Below, one piece after another: positions 38,746 to 49,943 of a DNA stretch of 64,000 bases. The DNA lies in contig CAYZII010000003.1 of NCBI GenBank assembly GCA_964478415.1, forward strand, positions 468 to 64,467. The letters are read 5' to 3'. Positions within the stretch are counted from its first letter, which is position 1. Every line of letters starts with the position of its first letter. The notes under the pieces were generated by a model. It worked only from the letters and a program-made list of their open reading frames with translations, made no database searches and was not told the DNA's origin. The stretch comes from an uncultured Methyloversatilis sp. (lineage in GTDB: Bacteria; Pseudomonadota; Gammaproteobacteria; Burkholderiales; Rhodocyclaceae). The translations under genes were made by a program, and so were the position numbers.

Positions 38746-39225
38746 ATGCTGCCTGCTCGCCCACGTGGATCGCTGACCGATCATCTGGCCAGCAGTAAGA
38801 CCTTCGCCCGACTGGCCGATCAGGCGCAACGTCTGCATCGGCTTCAGATGCTTCTCGAAGCGATGCTGCCAATCCACTTGGCAAGCGCAGCGCGCATCGC
38901 CAACCTGAAGCGTGGCAAGGTCATCATCCACGCCGGCAGCGGCGCGGTCGCGGTCAAGCTCAGGCAAATGGCGCCACGGCTCACCGCAGGGTTCGTGCAA
39001 CAGGGGCAGGAGGTTAGCGGAATCGAGGTACGGGTGCAACCCGGCGGGCGAATTTCCTTACCTTCCAGAAAAGTTTCTCCAAGGAAACTGGGGGTTCAGG
39101 CGAAGCGCTCACTCACATCGCTGGCTGCCGGCTTGCCCGAAGATTCGCCGTTGCGCGCCGCCATCGTCAGACTGATCGCCAGCGCCGAAGGCAAAAAAGC
39201 TGGCGAGAAGGACCTCAAACGATGA
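38746..39225 (+). CDS. DUF721 (DciA-like) protein
   Basis: Start at ATG 38746 (MLPARPRGSL...). KRGKVIIHAGSGAVAVKLRQMAPRL resembles DUF721. Position between secA/M23 and lpxC. Confidence 0.55.
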   Translation: MLPARPRGSLTDHLASSKTFARLADQAQRLHRLQMLLEAMLPIHLASAARIANLKRGKVIIHAGSGAVAVKLRQMAPRLTAGFVQQGQEVSGIEVRVQPGGRISLPSRKVSPRKLGVQAKRSLTSLAAGLPEDSPLRAAIVRLIASAEGKKAGEKDLKR

Positions 39226-39400
39226 CCAGCAGCCGTTCAAACGCCAGTAGCGCGAACAACACGAGGGCGAAGACCAGCGCGTATTTCGCGATCCGCCAGG
39301 CAAGACGCAGATAGCGTTTCTCGCCGGTAAACAGGAATGCCAGGATGCCTGCGCCGATGGCGATCGCTGCCAGGATGCCGACGATGCGCAGGAACAGCAT
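39215..39400 (-). CDS. Possible small two-TM membrane protein
   Basis: 61-aa ORF, strongly hydrophobic. No recognisable family. Overlaps the DUF721 gene 3' end by 11 nt. Confidence 0.3.
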   Translation of the reverse strand: MLFLRIVGILAAIAIGAGILAFLFTGEKRYLRLAWRIAKYALVFALVLFALLAFERLLVIV

Positions 39401-39429
39401 GGTTCAATCCATTGGAAAGAGCCAGAACT

Positions 39430-40350
39430 TCATGCGAATTGCACGTCTGGATACAGCCGCGCCACGCGCGCCGGCGTCATTGCGGCGTGCTCGAAGGTCA
39501 CCCACTCCCAGGCCGTGGCATCCGCCAGCAAGGCGCGCAGCAGGCGGTTGTTCAGCGCATGGCCCGATTTGTGGGCGCTGAAGGCGGCCAGCAGCGGCGC
39601 ACCGAGCAGGTACAGATCGCCGATCGCATCCAGCACCTTGTGGCGCACGAACTCATCGGGCACGCGCAGCCCGTCCGGGTTGAGCACGCGGTATTCGTCC
39701 ATCACGATCGCGTTCTCGAGACTGCCGCCGAGGGCCAGGCCCTGGGCCTGCATGGTCTCGATGTCCTGCATGAAGCCGAAAGTGCGCGCCCGGGCAATGT
39801 TGCGGATGTAGGACTGGTCGGCGAAATCGATCGCCACTTGCGTGCCGGATTTGTCGACGGCGGGGTGATTGAAACGGATCGAGAATTCGAGCCGGAAACC
39901 TTCATAGGGCGAAAGACGCGCCCATTTGTCGCCCTCTTTCACCTCGACGGATTTCTTGATGCGCAGAAAGCGCTTGGCCGCGTCCTGCTCCTCGATGCCG
40001 GCCGACTGGAGCAGAAACACGAAAGGCGCGGCAGAACCATCCAGGATCGGAATTTCCTCGCCATCGACATCGACATGCAGGTTGTCTATCCCTAAGCCCG
40101 CCAGCGCGGACATCAGATGCTCGACAGTACCCAGTTTGGCACCCTCCTTTTCCAAGCACGAGGCCAGCCGGGTATCGCCGACCGCGAGTGGACTGGCCTT
40201 GATATCGACGACCGGAGTCAGATCGACGCGATGGAATACGATGCCGGTACCAGGCAAAGCGGGACGCAGCACGAGCGTGACCTTGGCGCCGGAATGCAAA
40301 CCGACACCAGTGGTCTTGACGATGGATTTGATGGTGCGCTGTTTGAGCAT
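39430..40350 (-). CDS. lpxC: UDP-3-O-acyl-GlcNAc deacetylase
   Basis: 306 aa. [30 protein letters not shown]. Confidence 0.95.
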   Translation of the reverse strand: MLKQRTIKSIVKTTGVGLHSGAKVTLVLRPALPGTGIVFHRVDLTPVVDIKASPLAVGDTRLASCLEKEGAKLGTVEHLMSALAGLGIDNLHVDVDGEEIPILDGSAAPFVFLLQSAGIEEQDAAKRFLRIKKSVEVKEGDKWARLSPYEGFRLEFSIRFNHPAVDKSGTQVAIDFADQSYIRNIARARTFGFMQDIETMQAQGLALGGSLENAIVMDEYRVLNPDGLRVPDEFVRHKVLDAIGDLYLLGAPLLAAFSAHKSGHALNNRLLRALLADATAWEWVTFEHAAMTPARVARLYPDVQFA

Positions 40351-40385
40351 GCCTCGATTTTACCCGCCTGATGGCCTGAAAAGTC

Positions 40386-40425
40386 CGAAAAAACGGACAA
40401 AAAACGGCGTGCACAGGCACGCCGT
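40386..40425 (-). terminator. Rho-independent terminator downstream of the DUF2892 gene
   Basis: Minus strand reads ACGGCGTGC-CTGT-GCACGCCGT (9-bp stem) followed by TTTTTTGTCCGTTTTTTCGG. Confidence 0.7.
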
Positions 40426-40452
40426 CGCAGGATGGGAAACCGAGGCTGGAGA

Positions 40453-40644
40453 TTATTTTTTCTCGGTGGGGCAGGTACTGATGCCCAACAGCGGATAGAG
40501 CGCACAAAAGCCGACCAATCCAGTCGCCAGCGGCACGACGCCGATCCAGGCCCAAACGGGACCCCCCATCAGCGCCCAGACGATCAGGGCCAAGCCGACA
40601 ACGATGCGCAGGATACGATCGACACCACCAACGTTCTGTTTCAT
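40453..40644 (-). CDS. DUF2892 (YgaP-like) small inner-membrane protein
   Basis: 63 aa. VGGVDRILRIVVGLALIVWAL...GFCALYPLLGISTC. Confidence 0.7.
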   Translation of the reverse strand: MKQNVGGVDRILRIVVGLALIVWALMGGPVWAWIGVVPLATGLVGFCALYPLLGISTCPTEKK

Positions 40645-40727
40645 CTTCGTGCCTCCTAGGGGGTTGTAACGACATGAATTAGAACATGTGCGCAGGATTT
40701 CGTTCAGTAACCATTGTCACAGAGGGT

Positions 40728-41369
40728 TCACCCGGCGATACGGCGTAAGCCGGCCGGGTCGAGAATCTCGATCTGTTCGCGGCCGAGACGCACCAGCCCC
40801 TGCTCGGCGAAGCCTTTCAGCAAGCGGCTGACCATCTCGCGCACACTGCCCAGCTCGTCGGCGAGCTGCTGGTGGGTGACGTTCAGCATCCGTCCCTTGC
40901 CGAGCAGCAGATTCGCCAGTCGCTGGTCGAGCTTGCGAAAGGCGACTTCCTCGACGAGCTGCATCAACTCGGCGATGCGCTCGGCAAACAGCGAAAAAAC
41001 GAAGTCACGGAACGCCGGGGTTGCGAGCAGCGCATCGAAAAGCTCGGGGGGCAGCAGGATCAGCTCGCTGTCGGTTTCCGTCACCCCAAGGGCGTTGTAA
41101 TTGGTGCGCCCGAGCAGGCAGCTCGAGGTGATGATGCAGCTTTCTCCGGGCAGCACCTTGTAGAGTGGCAACTCGCGGCCGTTTGCAGCCCTCTTGAGGA
41201 CGCGGATGGCGCCACTCATGACGAGAGGGAAACCCTGACAGGGCTGGCGTTCGTCGAACAGCACCGTCCCGGCCGGTACGCGCAGGCGCTGCCCTTCGGC
41301 AGCCAGACGCTTCGCCAGCGCAGCGGGTAATGCCTGCATCACCGGATACAGCTCGGCGAGGGCGGCCAT
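40728..41369 (-). CDS. Crp/Fnr-family transcriptional regulator
   Basis: 213 aa. cNMP-binding-like N-domain. HTH THQQLADELGSVREMVSRLL with the E-x-x-S-R recognition motif of FNR-box binders. No N-terminal Cys cluster. Confidence 0.85.
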   Translation of the reverse strand: MAALAELYPVMQALPAALAKRLAAEGQRLRVPAGTVLFDERQPCQGFPLVMSGAIRVLKRAANGRELPLYKVLPGESCIITSSCLLGRTNYNALGVTETDSELILLPPELFDALLATPAFRDFVFSLFAERIAELMQLVEEVAFRKLDQRLANLLLGKGRMLNVTHQQLADELGSVREMVSRLLKGFAEQGLVRLGREQIEILDPAGLRRIAG

Positions 41370-42133
41370 CAGGCAAACTCCGCGATCACCGGCGCATGAT
41401 CCGACGGGCGCTCGCGCTTGCGCAGCGCGATATCGATCGTGCAGGCACGGCAGCGCTCAGCCAGCGGTTGCGAGACCAGGATGTGATCGATGCGCAACCC
41501 ATGATTGCGCCGGAACGCCATCATCCGGTAATCCCACCAGGAAAAGCTCTTCTCAGGCTGGGGGAAGAGCCGGAAGGCATCGATGAGGCCGAGTTCGAGG
41601 AAACGGCGGAAAGCGGCACGTTCCGGCTCACTCACCAGCACCTGCCCCTGCCATGCCTGTGGATCATGCACGTCCCGGTCTTCCGGCGCGATGTTGAAAT
41701 CGCCGAGCAGCGCCAAGTGCGGATGACGCTCCAGCTCGTCTTTCAGCCAGCGGGCGAGTGCCTCGAGCCAAGCGAGCTTGTAGGCATATTTGTCGGAGCC
41801 CACCGCCTGACCATTCGGCATATAGGCACAGATACAGCGCACGCCATCGACCGTCGCGGCGAGCAGGCGTTTTTGTCCATCCTCGAAACCCGGCAGATCG
41901 CGCACCACCTCGCTCGCTTCGTTCCGCGTGAGCAGCGCCACGCCATTGTAGGTCTTCTGCCCGTTATGTAACCCCTGGTAACCCGCGGCAGCGAGTTCCG
42001 CGAATGGAAAGCCGGCGTCTTCGGTCTTCGTCTCCTGCAGACAGACCACAGCCGGCTGCCTGCTGGCCAGCCAGTCCAGCAGATGTGGCAGTCTGACCTT
42101 CAGCGAATTGACGTTCCAGGTGGCCAGCTTCAA
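41369..42133 (-). CDS. xthA: Exodeoxyribonuclease III
   Basis: TTG 42133 gives (M)KLATWNVNSLKVRL. C-terminus RPSDHAPVIAEF. Confidence 0.9.
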   Translation of the reverse strand: MKLATWNVNSLKVRLPHLLDWLASRQPAVVCLQETKTEDAGFPFAELAAAGYQGLHNGQKTYNGVALLTRNEASEVVRDLPGFEDGQKRLLAATVDGVRCICAYMPNGQAVGSDKYAYKLAWLEALARWLKDELERHPHLALLGDFNIAPEDRDVHDPQAWQGQVLVSEPERAAFRRFLELGLIDAFRLFPQPEKSFSWWDYRMMAFRRNHGLRIDHILVSQPLAERCRACTIDIALRKRERPSDHAPVIAEFA

Positions 42134-42137
42134 TGCG

Positions 42138-42608
42138 TTAGCGCCCCTTTTCCTTCGGATAGCCCGCGGCATCGAGCAGCCGCTGCCAGTCGGATAGCCG
42201 CCAGCCGACGACGTTCTTCGTGCCGGCGGTGAGCACGGGCACGACAGCCTCACCACCTCCCACGACTTTCCTCAGCGCTTCGACGTCTTCCTTGGTTGTG
42301 ACACTTTTCTCGGTGAAGGGAATACCGCGCGATTTCAGGTAGTCCCGCCCTTCGTTGCACCCTTCCTTGCAATCGGGACTGACATAGAGGGTCACCGGGA
42401 AATTCGCCATCGCCTCGCGCACCACATACGGGAGGGTAGGATCCGCCGCCGGCGCTCCGTGACGCATCGCCTGGGCTTTCCCGGCCATCGAGGGCGGCGG
42501 GCGATCGCCATAATGCACCTTGCCGTGTTCATCGACCCAGCGGTAGTACTGCGCAGCGCAAACACCGGCACTCAGGCTCAACACGCAAAACATGGCAAAG
42601 CGTTTCAT
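42138..42608 (-). CDS. DUF4124 plus glutaredoxin-like fusion, secreted
   Basis: Signal peptide. YYRWVDEHGKVHYGDRPP (DUF4124). C-terminal thioredoxin-fold VTLYVSPDCKEGC. Confidence 0.7.
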   Translation of the reverse strand: MKRFAMFCVLSLSAGVCAAQYYRWVDEHGKVHYGDRPPPSMAGKAQAMRHGAPAADPTLPYVVREAMANFPVTLYVSPDCKEGCNEGRDYLKSRGIPFTEKSVTTKEDVEALRKVVGGGEAVVPVLTAGTKNVVGWRLSDWQRLLDAAGYPKEKGR

Positions 42609-42626
42609 GACGCCTTCCTTTTTCGT

Positions 42627-44663
42627 TCAGGCAGCAGGCTCGACCATGCCATTATGGCGCAACAGCGCCTCGAATGATGGCTCCCGGCCACGGAAAGCCT
42701 TGAAGGATTCGAGCGCCGGGCGCGAGCCGCCGACGGCGAGAATCTCGCGCCAGAAGCGCTCGCCGGTCACCGCATCGAGCACCGTGCCGACCTCGGGGAC
42801 GACCTCCTCGAACGCGGCATAGGCATCGGCGGAGAGCACCTCGGCCCATTTGTAGCTGTAATAGCCCGCCGCATAACCACCAGCGAAGATGTGGGAGAAG
42901 CTGTGGGGAAAACGATTCCACTCGGGTGGCACGATCACCGCGACTTCGCGGCGCACCTCGTCGAGTAGCTGCATGAAATCCTTGCGATTCTCCCAATGCA
43001 GGCGCAGATCGAAGAGCGCGAACTCGATCTGGCGCAGCATAAACAGCCCGCTTTGGAAGTTCTTCGCCGCGATCATCTTGTCGAACAGGGCGCGCGGCAA
43101 TGGTTCGCCCGTGTCGACATGGGCGCTCATATCCTTGAGCACGTCCCATTCCCAGCAGAAGTTTTCCATGAACTGGCTGGGCAGCTCGACGGCATCCCAC
43201 TCGACCCCATCGATGCCGGAGACCGCAAGCTCATCGACTTCGCTGAGCAGGTGGTGCAGGCCGTGGCCGGTTTCGTGGAACAGTGTCAACACGTCGTCGT
43301 GGGTGAGCAGCGCAGGCTTGCCCGCCAGCGGTGGCGTGAAATTGCAGCACAGGTAAGCGAGCGGCGTCTGGATCGTGCCGTCTTTCCAGCGCCGACCGAT
43401 CGCATCGGCCATCCACGCGCCGCCGCGCTTGGTCTCGCGCGCATAGAGATCGAGAAAGAACTGGCCGACGAGTCGCCCTTGCCGCTCGATGCGGAAAAAC
43501 AGCACATCGGGATGCCAGGCCGGCGCCTGATCCGCCACGATCCTGACGCCGAAAAGGGTTTCGATGCAGCGGAACAGCCCCCCGAGCACCTTGGGCAGAG
43601 GGAAGTACTGTTTCACTTCGTCGTCGGAAAAGCTGTAGCGCGCCTGTTTGAGCTTTTCGGACGCCCAGGAGATATCCCAGCTCGCCAGTTCTTTCAAACC
43701 CAACTCGCGCGCCGCAAAGTCGCGCAGCTCGGCGAGATCGCGCTCGGCAAACGGTCTGGCGCGTGCCGCGAGATCGCGTAAGAAAGCGGCTACTTGCGCA
43801 GGCGAATCGGCCATTTTCGGTGTCAGCGAGAGCTCGGCATAGTTCGCAAAACCGAGCAGGCGAGCTTCCTCGGCGCGCAGTTCGAGGATGCGCTCGATCA
43901 ATGGCCCGTTGTCCCATTCAGGCTTGCCGAACTCGGAGGCACGCGTCGCGTAGGCGCGATACATCCGGTAACGCAAATCACGATCGTCGGCGTACTGCAT
44001 CACCGGCAGATACGACGGCGCATGAAGGGTGAACTTCCAACCCGCTTTGCCTTCTTTTTCGGCAGCCGCCCGCGCCGCCGCCTTGACATCCTCTGGCAGA
44101 CCAGCGAGGACAGCCTCGTCGCTGACCCATTCCAGATGGGCATTGGTGGCATCGAGCAGATTCTCGGCGAACTTCGCGCCCAGCGCCGAGAGCTCCTGCT
44201 GGATGGTGAGGAAACGCGGCTTCTTCTCAGCCGGCAATTCCGCCCCCGCGAGACGGAAATCACGCAGTTCGTGAGCGACGATGCGCCGGCGCACCGGGTT
44301 CAGATGCGCATACTCGGAACTAGCGGCGAGCGCCTTGTATTTCTCATAGAGCGTGACATTCTGGCCCAGTTCGGCGTAAAAGCGCGTCACTTCCGGCAAC
44401 AACGCGTTATAGGCATCGCGCCATTCGGGAACATCATTCACGCCGTGCATGTGCTGCACCAGCCCCCAGGCGCGCCCGAGCCGCTCGCCAGCATCGGTGA
44501 GGGGCTGAACGAAAGCCTCCCAGGTCGGCGGGGAGTCAGGGCGCTCCAGCCGTGTCAGCAATCCACGGTATTCATCGATCAGCTGGCGGATCGCCGGGGC
44601 GACGTGTTCGGGCCGGATTTCCGCGAAACGCGGCAGCCCGCTGAAATCGAGCAATGGGTTCAT
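42627..44663 (-). CDS. prlC: Oligopeptidase A (M3 family)
   Basis: 678 aa with zinc motif FHETGHGLHH. Confidence 0.95.
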   Translation of the reverse strand: MNPLLDFSGLPRFAEIRPEHVAPAIRQLIDEYRGLLTRLERPDSPPTWEAFVQPLTDAGERLGRAWGLVQHMHGVNDVPEWRDAYNALLPEVTRFYAELGQNVTLYEKYKALAASSEYAHLNPVRRRIVAHELRDFRLAGAELPAEKKPRFLTIQQELSALGAKFAENLLDATNAHLEWVSDEAVLAGLPEDVKAAARAAAEKEGKAGWKFTLHAPSYLPVMQYADDRDLRYRMYRAYATRASEFGKPEWDNGPLIERILELRAEEARLLGFANYAELSLTPKMADSPAQVAAFLRDLAARARPFAERDLAELRDFAARELGLKELASWDISWASEKLKQARYSFSDDEVKQYFPLPKVLGGLFRCIETLFGVRIVADQAPAWHPDVLFFRIERQGRLVGQFFLDLYARETKRGGAWMADAIGRRWKDGTIQTPLAYLCCNFTPPLAGKPALLTHDDVLTLFHETGHGLHHLLSEVDELAVSGIDGVEWDAVELPSQFMENFCWEWDVLKDMSAHVDTGEPLPRALFDKMIAAKNFQSGLFMLRQIEFALFDLRLHWENRKDFMQLLDEVRREVAVIVPPEWNRFPHSFSHIFAGGYAAGYYSYKWAEVLSADAYAAFEEVVPEVGTVLDAVTGERFWREILAVGGSRPALESFKAFRGREPSFEALLRHNGMVEPAA
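43375..43397 (+). repeat. Dispersed repeat core-like sequence inside prlC (antisense to gene)
   Basis: GTGCCGTCTTTCCAGCGCCGACC: the 8-nt and 10-nt blocks match at the correct spacing. Encodes the conserved-looking GRRWKDGT on the minus strand. Confidence 0.45.
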
Positions 44664-44711
44664 GGTGTGTTGATGAAGGCAAAGAGAGGGATTTCAACAC
44701 CTCGCGGCAGG

Positions 44712-44740
44712 GTGCCGTCTAGCCAGCGCCGAATTTCAGC
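44712..44740 (+). repeat. Dispersed repeat core at purC stop / prlC upstream junction
   Basis: GTGCCGTCTAGCCAGCGCCGAATTTCAGC. The TCA at 44736-44738 is the purC stop codon on the minus strand. Confidence 0.7.
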
Positions 44741-45611
44741 GCGTTAAACGTTGCAACGCTTCCCGATACTTCGCCGCCGTCTTCTCGATGATCTCGGCCG
44801 GCAGATGCGGGCCGGGCGCCTGCTTGTTCCAGTCGAGCGTTTCCAGATAATCGCGCACGAACTGCTTGTCGAAGCTGGTCGGACTTACGCCGACGGCATA
44901 GCTGTCGGCCGGCCAGAAGCGGGAGGAATCAGGGGTCAGCACCTCGTCGATCAGGTACAGAGTGCCTGCCGCATCTAGACCAAACTCGAACTTGGTGTCG
45001 GCTATGATGATGCCGCGCGTCAAGGCATATTCGGCCGCTTCGCTATAGAGGCGCAACGCGACGTCGCGCACCTGTCGGGCGAGCGCCGGCCCGATGGTCT
45101 GTTCGACCGTGGCGAAATCGATGTTTTCATCATGAGTGCCGAGCTGCGCCTTCGTCGAGGGGGTAAACAGCGGCTGCGGCAGCTTTTCCGCGAGACGCAG
45201 CCCCGGCGGCAACGTGATCCCGCAGACCTGACCCGTTTTCTGATAATCCTTCCAGCCGGAACCGATCAGGTAACCGCGCACCACCGCCTCGATTGGCAGG
45301 GGCTCGAGCCTCTTGACGACGATCGCGCGGCCGCGCACCTGCTCGCGCTCACCGGGCTGTACGACGGATTCCGGATCGATGCCGGTCAACTGATTGGGAA
45401 TGATGTGCGCGAGCTTCGCGAACCAGAAGTTGGCCAGCGCGGTCAATACTTCACCTTTGCCGGGGATCGGGTCCGGCAGGATCACGTCGAAGGCGGAGAG
45501 CCGGTCGGTGGTGACGATCAGCATCTTGTCGTCGCCGACCGCGTAGATGTCACGCACCTTGCCGCGGTTGATCAGCGGCAGGCTGTGGATCGAGGATTCG
45601 AAGAGGAGCAT
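44736..45611 (-). CDS. purC: SAICAR synthase (long form)
   Basis: 291 aa. [16 protein letters not shown]. Confidence 0.95.
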   Translation of the reverse strand: MLLFESSIHSLPLINRGKVRDIYAVGDDKMLIVTTDRLSAFDVILPDPIPGKGEVLTALANFWFAKLAHIIPNQLTGIDPESVVQPGEREQVRGRAIVVKRLEPLPIEAVVRGYLIGSGWKDYQKTGQVCGITLPPGLRLAEKLPQPLFTPSTKAQLGTHDENIDFATVEQTIGPALARQVRDVALRLYSEAAEYALTRGIIIADTKFEFGLDAAGTLYLIDEVLTPDSSRFWPADSYAVGVSPTSFDKQFVRDYLETLDWNKQAPGPHLPAEIIEKTAAKYREALQRLTR

Positions 45612-45699
45612 TTCAATACGGATGGGTCTCAGGTTTCAGCGATTCTAGCAACCAGTGAGCAACGAGAACTTTCCCACGCATCCTGTTGGCCACCTCCGT

Positions 45700-46806
45700 T
45701 CACACCCCCGCCTGCAAAGTGATGGCGAGTTCCACTTGCCGGCCTTCACGCAGAACGCCGATCGTGACGACCTCGCCCACCGCGTGATCATCGAGCCTGG
45801 CGAACAGCTCCCGGACATTGCGCACCGCCTTGCCGCCCACCGCGACGATGATGTCACCCGGTACCAGCGAGCCATCCGCTGCGATCTGGACACCACGCAG
45901 GCCGGCAGCTGCAGCGGACGAATCCGGCAACACGCGCAGCACCACGACGCCCTCGACACCCAGCTGTCGCGTCAAACGCAGGTTGATCCCTTCATCGACC
46001 TCGATGCCCAAGGCCGGCCGGATGTATTTCCCCTTGGCGATCAATTGTGGCACGACGCGATTGACGGTATCGACCGGCACCGCGAAACCGATCCCCGCGC
46101 TGGCCCCGCTGGGACTGTAGATCGCGGTGTTGATGCCGATCAGGCGTCCGGCGGAATCGAGCAGCGGCCCGCCGGAATTGCCGGGATTGATCGCGGCGTC
46201 GGTCTGGATCAGATGTTCGATGCTGCGGCCATTTTCTGCGCGGAGCGAGCGGTCCAGCGCCGAGACGATGCCGGTCGTCAGTGTCCAGTCGAGACCGAAC
46301 GGATTGCCGATCGCGAACACCTTCTGCCCCACCTTCAGATCATGACTGGAGCCGAGCGGCACCGGCGGGGGGCGCTTGAAACCGACACCGATCTTCAGCA
46401 CGGCGATGTCGTGACTGGGCGAGGCACCCACCAGCGCGGCGCGGAAGCTGCGTCCGTCGGCCAGTTTCACGAGCGCCTCGCTCGCCCCTTCGATGACATG
46501 GTAGTTGGTCACGACGTGACCTGCGTCGTCCCAGATGAATCCCGAGCCGGTGCCACGCGGCACCGTGAAGACGTTGCGCGTCCACACATCCATCACCGCG
46601 GCGCGTGTGCTGATATAGACGACACTGTCCTTCGCGTTTTCGAACAGCGCTATCGTGGCCTGCTCATCGGCCGCCAGATCACCGCGCGCAGTCACCGTAC
46701 GGGGCTGGGCCTCGCGGCCAGATTCCAGAAACAACCTAGCACCCTGCCAGGTCAGGAGAACGATAACGATCAACAGCGCCGCACGCCATAGGCTGGTAGT
46801 CTTCAT
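45700..46806 (-). CDS. S1C trypsin-like serine protease with single PDZ (DegS/DegP-like)
   Basis: 368 aa with an N-terminal TM segment. TDAAINPGNSGGPLL. C-terminal PDZ. Confidence 0.9.
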   Translation of the reverse strand: MKTTSLWRAALLIVIVLLTWQGARLFLESGREAQPRTVTARGDLAADEQATIALFENAKDSVVYISTRAAVMDVWTRNVFTVPRGTGSGFIWDDAGHVVTNYHVIEGASEALVKLADGRSFRAALVGASPSHDIAVLKIGVGFKRPPPVPLGSSHDLKVGQKVFAIGNPFGLDWTLTTGIVSALDRSLRAENGRSIEHLIQTDAAINPGNSGGPLLDSAGRLIGINTAIYSPSGASAGIGFAVPVDTVNRVVPQLIAKGKYIRPALGIEVDEGINLRLTRQLGVEGVVVLRVLPDSSAAAAGLRGVQIAADGSLVPGDIIVAVGGKAVRNVRELFARLDDHAVGEVVTIGVLREGRQVELAITLQAGV

Positions 46807-47150
46807 TATGGTTTGCGTTCCTCCAAGAGCTGATCGTGCTCATCACGTTCGCGCATCGTCCAATAGACGATGCCCAACGCCAGCACCGCGCCGGCCAGCG
46901 CCGCGATCTTGTCCGCGCCGGTGACTTCGGGATCGAGTGACTCGAAGGCATTGAGCCAGAGCAGCATGAACACCTGCTGGATGAGCTGGAGCAGGGAAAT
47001 TACGACGATCACCGCGATGACCACGGACAGGACGATCGCGATGATCTGCCCGAATCGAAGCGTTCGTAAAAACTCAGCGGCGCCCATTCCTGACAAAAGC
47101 GCTCGAAGCGGGAAAGTCGTTGCTTGTCCATTGCCAGAACGAATTTGCAC
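46806..47150 (-). CDS. Hypothetical membrane protein between ftsH and degP-like
   Basis: 114-aa ORF with two hydrophobic segments. 1-nt overlap with the degP-like start. Directly abuts the ftsH stop. Start uncertain. Confidence 0.4.
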   Translation of the reverse strand: MQIRSGNGQATTFPLRALLSGMGAAEFLRTLRFGQIIAIVLSVVIAVIVVISLLQLIQQVFMLLWLNAFESLDPEVTGADKIAALAGAVLALGIVYWTMRERDEHDQLLEERKP

Positions 47151-49004
47151 TCAGGAAGCTGTCGGGTGCGGCGTCTCACCCGAAAAAGCAACGGTTTTGT
47201 CGAGATCGGTGGTCAGTGCGGCGATCGCGCTTTCATCGAGGGTTTCCCTGGCGAGCAGCTCGTTCGCACAACGCTCGAGGATGGCGCGGTTTTTTTCCAG
47301 TATCCGGTAGGCACGCTGGAACACGCCCATCACAATGCTGCGGATCGCTTGGTCGATGCGCCCTTGGGTGGCTTCGGAGACACGACAGCCGCCGGAGACC
47401 ATCTCAGGCACGTCGAGGAAACGTGGCCGCTGGGCGTCATAAGCGATGTAGCCCAAATCTTCATCCATGCCATAACGGGTGATCATGTCGCGTGCGATGT
47501 CGGTCGCCTTGGCGAGATCGTCGGCCGCGCCGGTCGAGAGCTTGCCGAAGACGAGCTTTTCCGCCGCCCGCCCGCCAAGCAGCACGGCGATCCTGTTTTC
47601 CAGCTCTTCGCGTGTCATCAGATAGCGGTCTTCGGTCGGACGCTGGATCGTATAGCCGAGCGCGCCGATGCCGCGCGGAATGATCGACACCTTATGCACC
47701 GGATCGGTACCCGGTAAGGAGAGTGCGACCAGCGCATGACCCATCTCGTGATAGGCCACGGTGCGCCGCTCCTGCTCGTTGAGGACGCGGCTCTTCTTTT
47801 CCAGACCGGCAACGATGCGCTCCACCGCGGCGGTGAAATCTGCCATGCCCACGGCATTGGCGTGGCGCCGCGTGGCGATCAGTGCCGCCTCATTGACGAG
47901 GTTGGCGAGATCGGCGCCGGAAAAGCCGGTGGTCAGCGCGGCCACCTGCTCCAGATCGACCTCGGGCGCCAGCGTGATCTTGCGCGCATGGACGCGCAGG
48001 ATGTCGAGCCGGCCCTTCTTGTCCGGCCGGTCGACCAGCACCTGGCGGTCGAAGCGGCCAGCTCGCAGCAGCGCCGGATCGAGGATTTCCGGCCGGTTCG
48101 TCGCGGCGAGGATGATCAGGCCCACCGAGGAATCGAAGCCATCCATCTCGGTGAGCAACTGGTTCAGGGTCTGCTCGCGCTCGTCATGACCGCCGATGGG
48201 ACCAGCCGCGCCGCGCGCCCGGCCGAGCGCATCGAGCTCGTCGATGAAGATGATCGCCGGGGCTTTCTCGCGCGCCTGCTCGAACAGATCGCGCACCCGT
48301 GCCGCACCGACCCCGACGAACATCTCGACGAATTCCGATCCGGAAATCGAGAAAAATGGTACCCCCGCCTCACCCGCCACCGCCTTGGCAAGCAGGGTCT
48401 TGCCGGTGCCGGGCGGGCCGACCAGCAACACGCCTTTCGGGATGCGTGCGCCGAGGCGGCCGTATTCGCGCGGGTTCTTCAGGAAATCCACCACTTCACG
48501 CAATTCCGCCTTCGCCTCATCGACGCCGGCGACGTCGTCGAAGGTCACCCCGGTATCCCTCTCGACATAGATTTTGGCGCGGCTCTTGCCGATCGTCATG
48601 AAGCCGCCCATACCCTGCTTCTCGGCGAACTTGCGGAACAGGAAGAACCACACCGCGAAGAAGGCCAGCGCGGGGACAATCCACGACAGCAGATCGCGCA
48701 GGAAAGTGCTCTCGATCACCCGCCGGTAGGGCACACCGTATTCCGAGAGCCGCGCCGCGAGATCGGGTTCGACACGCGTGGCGACGATCATCGTCTTGCC
48801 TTTGGCATCAGGCGATTTGAGCTTGCCGGTGAGCACCTTGTCGGTGACCATTACTTCGGCCACCCGCCCTTCTTTCAAAGCCTGTTCGAATTCGCTGTAA
48901 GGCACCTGCTCGATGCTGCGGCTCGCTTGCCACCAGTCCTGCGCGATCAGCAGCATGATGGCCGCAAAAACCCAGTAGAGCATGTTCCATTGCTTCTGTT
49001 CCAT
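47151..49004 (-). CDS. ftsH: ATP-dependent zinc metalloprotease FtsH family (possibly a second, stress-associated copy)
   Basis: 617 aa. [22 protein letters not shown]. Confidence 0.93.
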   Translation of the reverse strand: MEQKQWNMLYWVFAAIMLLIAQDWWQASRSIEQVPYSEFEQALKEGRVAEVMVTDKVLTGKLKSPDAKGKTMIVATRVEPDLAARLSEYGVPYRRVIESTFLRDLLSWIVPALAFFAVWFFLFRKFAEKQGMGGFMTIGKSRAKIYVERDTGVTFDDVAGVDEAKAELREVVDFLKNPREYGRLGARIPKGVLLVGPPGTGKTLLAKAVAGEAGVPFFSISGSEFVEMFVGVGAARVRDLFEQAREKAPAIIFIDELDALGRARGAAGPIGGHDEREQTLNQLLTEMDGFDSSVGLIILAATNRPEILDPALLRAGRFDRQVLVDRPDKKGRLDILRVHARKITLAPEVDLEQVAALTTGFSGADLANLVNEAALIATRRHANAVGMADFTAAVERIVAGLEKKSRVLNEQERRTVAYHEMGHALVALSLPGTDPVHKVSIIPRGIGALGYTIQRPTEDRYLMTREELENRIAVLLGGRAAEKLVFGKLSTGAADDLAKATDIARDMITRYGMDEDLGYIAYDAQRPRFLDVPEMVSGGCRVSEATQGRIDQAIRSIVMGVFQRAYRILEKNRAILERCANELLARETLDESAIAALTTDLDKTVAFSGETPHPTAS

Positions 49005-49016
49005 CTTCGTTTCCTT

Positions 49017-49943
49017 TCAGCGCCAAATACCACCCACGCGCCAACGTGGCCTGGTTTGGAGAGGCAGACCAGACCAGCGCCAATCTTCTTCAGCGATGCG
49101 CTGCCGCGAACTTTCCATCGTCAGCAGGCGAGCGATGCGCTCTTCAGTCGCCGGGTGGGTACGTAACCATGAAGGTTCGGGGTTGCCCCATCCCGGCAAC
49201 AGCCAGGCGCGCCACGAGCGCGTCGCCTGCTCGATGCGACTCAAGGCAGAGGCTAGACCCAGCGGATCGCCGGTCAATCGCACGGCTGTCAGATCGGCAT
49301 CGAATTCTCGCACCCGCGACAGGCCAAGTTGCACCAGCAAAGCCAGATGCGGAGAAAACAGCAGCAGTAACAAGCCATACCATTGCAGCTCGATCGCCCC
49401 GGCGAGCCAGGCCGGCAAGGAGAAGAGCAACAATACCTGTGCGGTCAGCGCGAACAAGGATGTCAAGCGGCTGACGTAATCGGCCATCCCCATCACCCTG
49501 AGATCACCGTGGGCGATATGCGCGATCTCGTGGGCGAGCACGCCGGCCAGCTCACGCCAATTCAGCTGTTGCAGCAGACCTTCGGTGAGCGCGATATGGG
49601 CGTCATCGCGCGAGCCTACCGCAAAAGCATTCGCCAGCGGGCTGGGAACGCGGTATAGGCGCGGAACCTGCGTCAGTCCGGCACGGCCAGCGAGTTCCGC
49701 CACCAGTCGATGCAACGCAGGCGCCGCGGCAAACGACAATGGCCTAGCCCGATACAGCGTCAGCGTCAGACGCCCAGCCGCCGCCGGTTCGATCAACAGC
49801 ACCAGCAACGAAGCACCTAGCGCGAGCCACATCCCTTGCGTCCCGAGCAACAGCCAAGCGGCCATTGCGGCGATGGCCAGCAGCACGCCAACGAGCAGCA
49901 GCGTCTGCAGCCGATTGATCAGCGCATGACGCTGAAGATTCAT
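49017..49943 (-). CDS. M48-family zinc protease (HtpX-like)
   Basis: 308 aa with 4 TM segments. HEIAHIAHGD. Confidence 0.85.
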   Translation of the reverse strand: MNLQRHALINRLQTLLLVGVLLAIAAMAAWLLLGTQGMWLALGASLLVLLIEPAAAGRLTLTLYRARPLSFAAAPALHRLVAELAGRAGLTQVPRLYRVPSPLANAFAVGSRDDAHIALTEGLLQQLNWRELAGVLAHEIAHIAHGDLRVMGMADYVSRLTSLFALTAQVLLLFSLPAWLAGAIELQWYGLLLLLFSPHLALLVQLGLSRVREFDADLTAVRLTGDPLGLASALSRIEQATRSWRAWLLPGWGNPEPSWLRTHPATEERIARLLTMESSRQRIAEEDWRWSGLPLQTRPRWRVGGIWR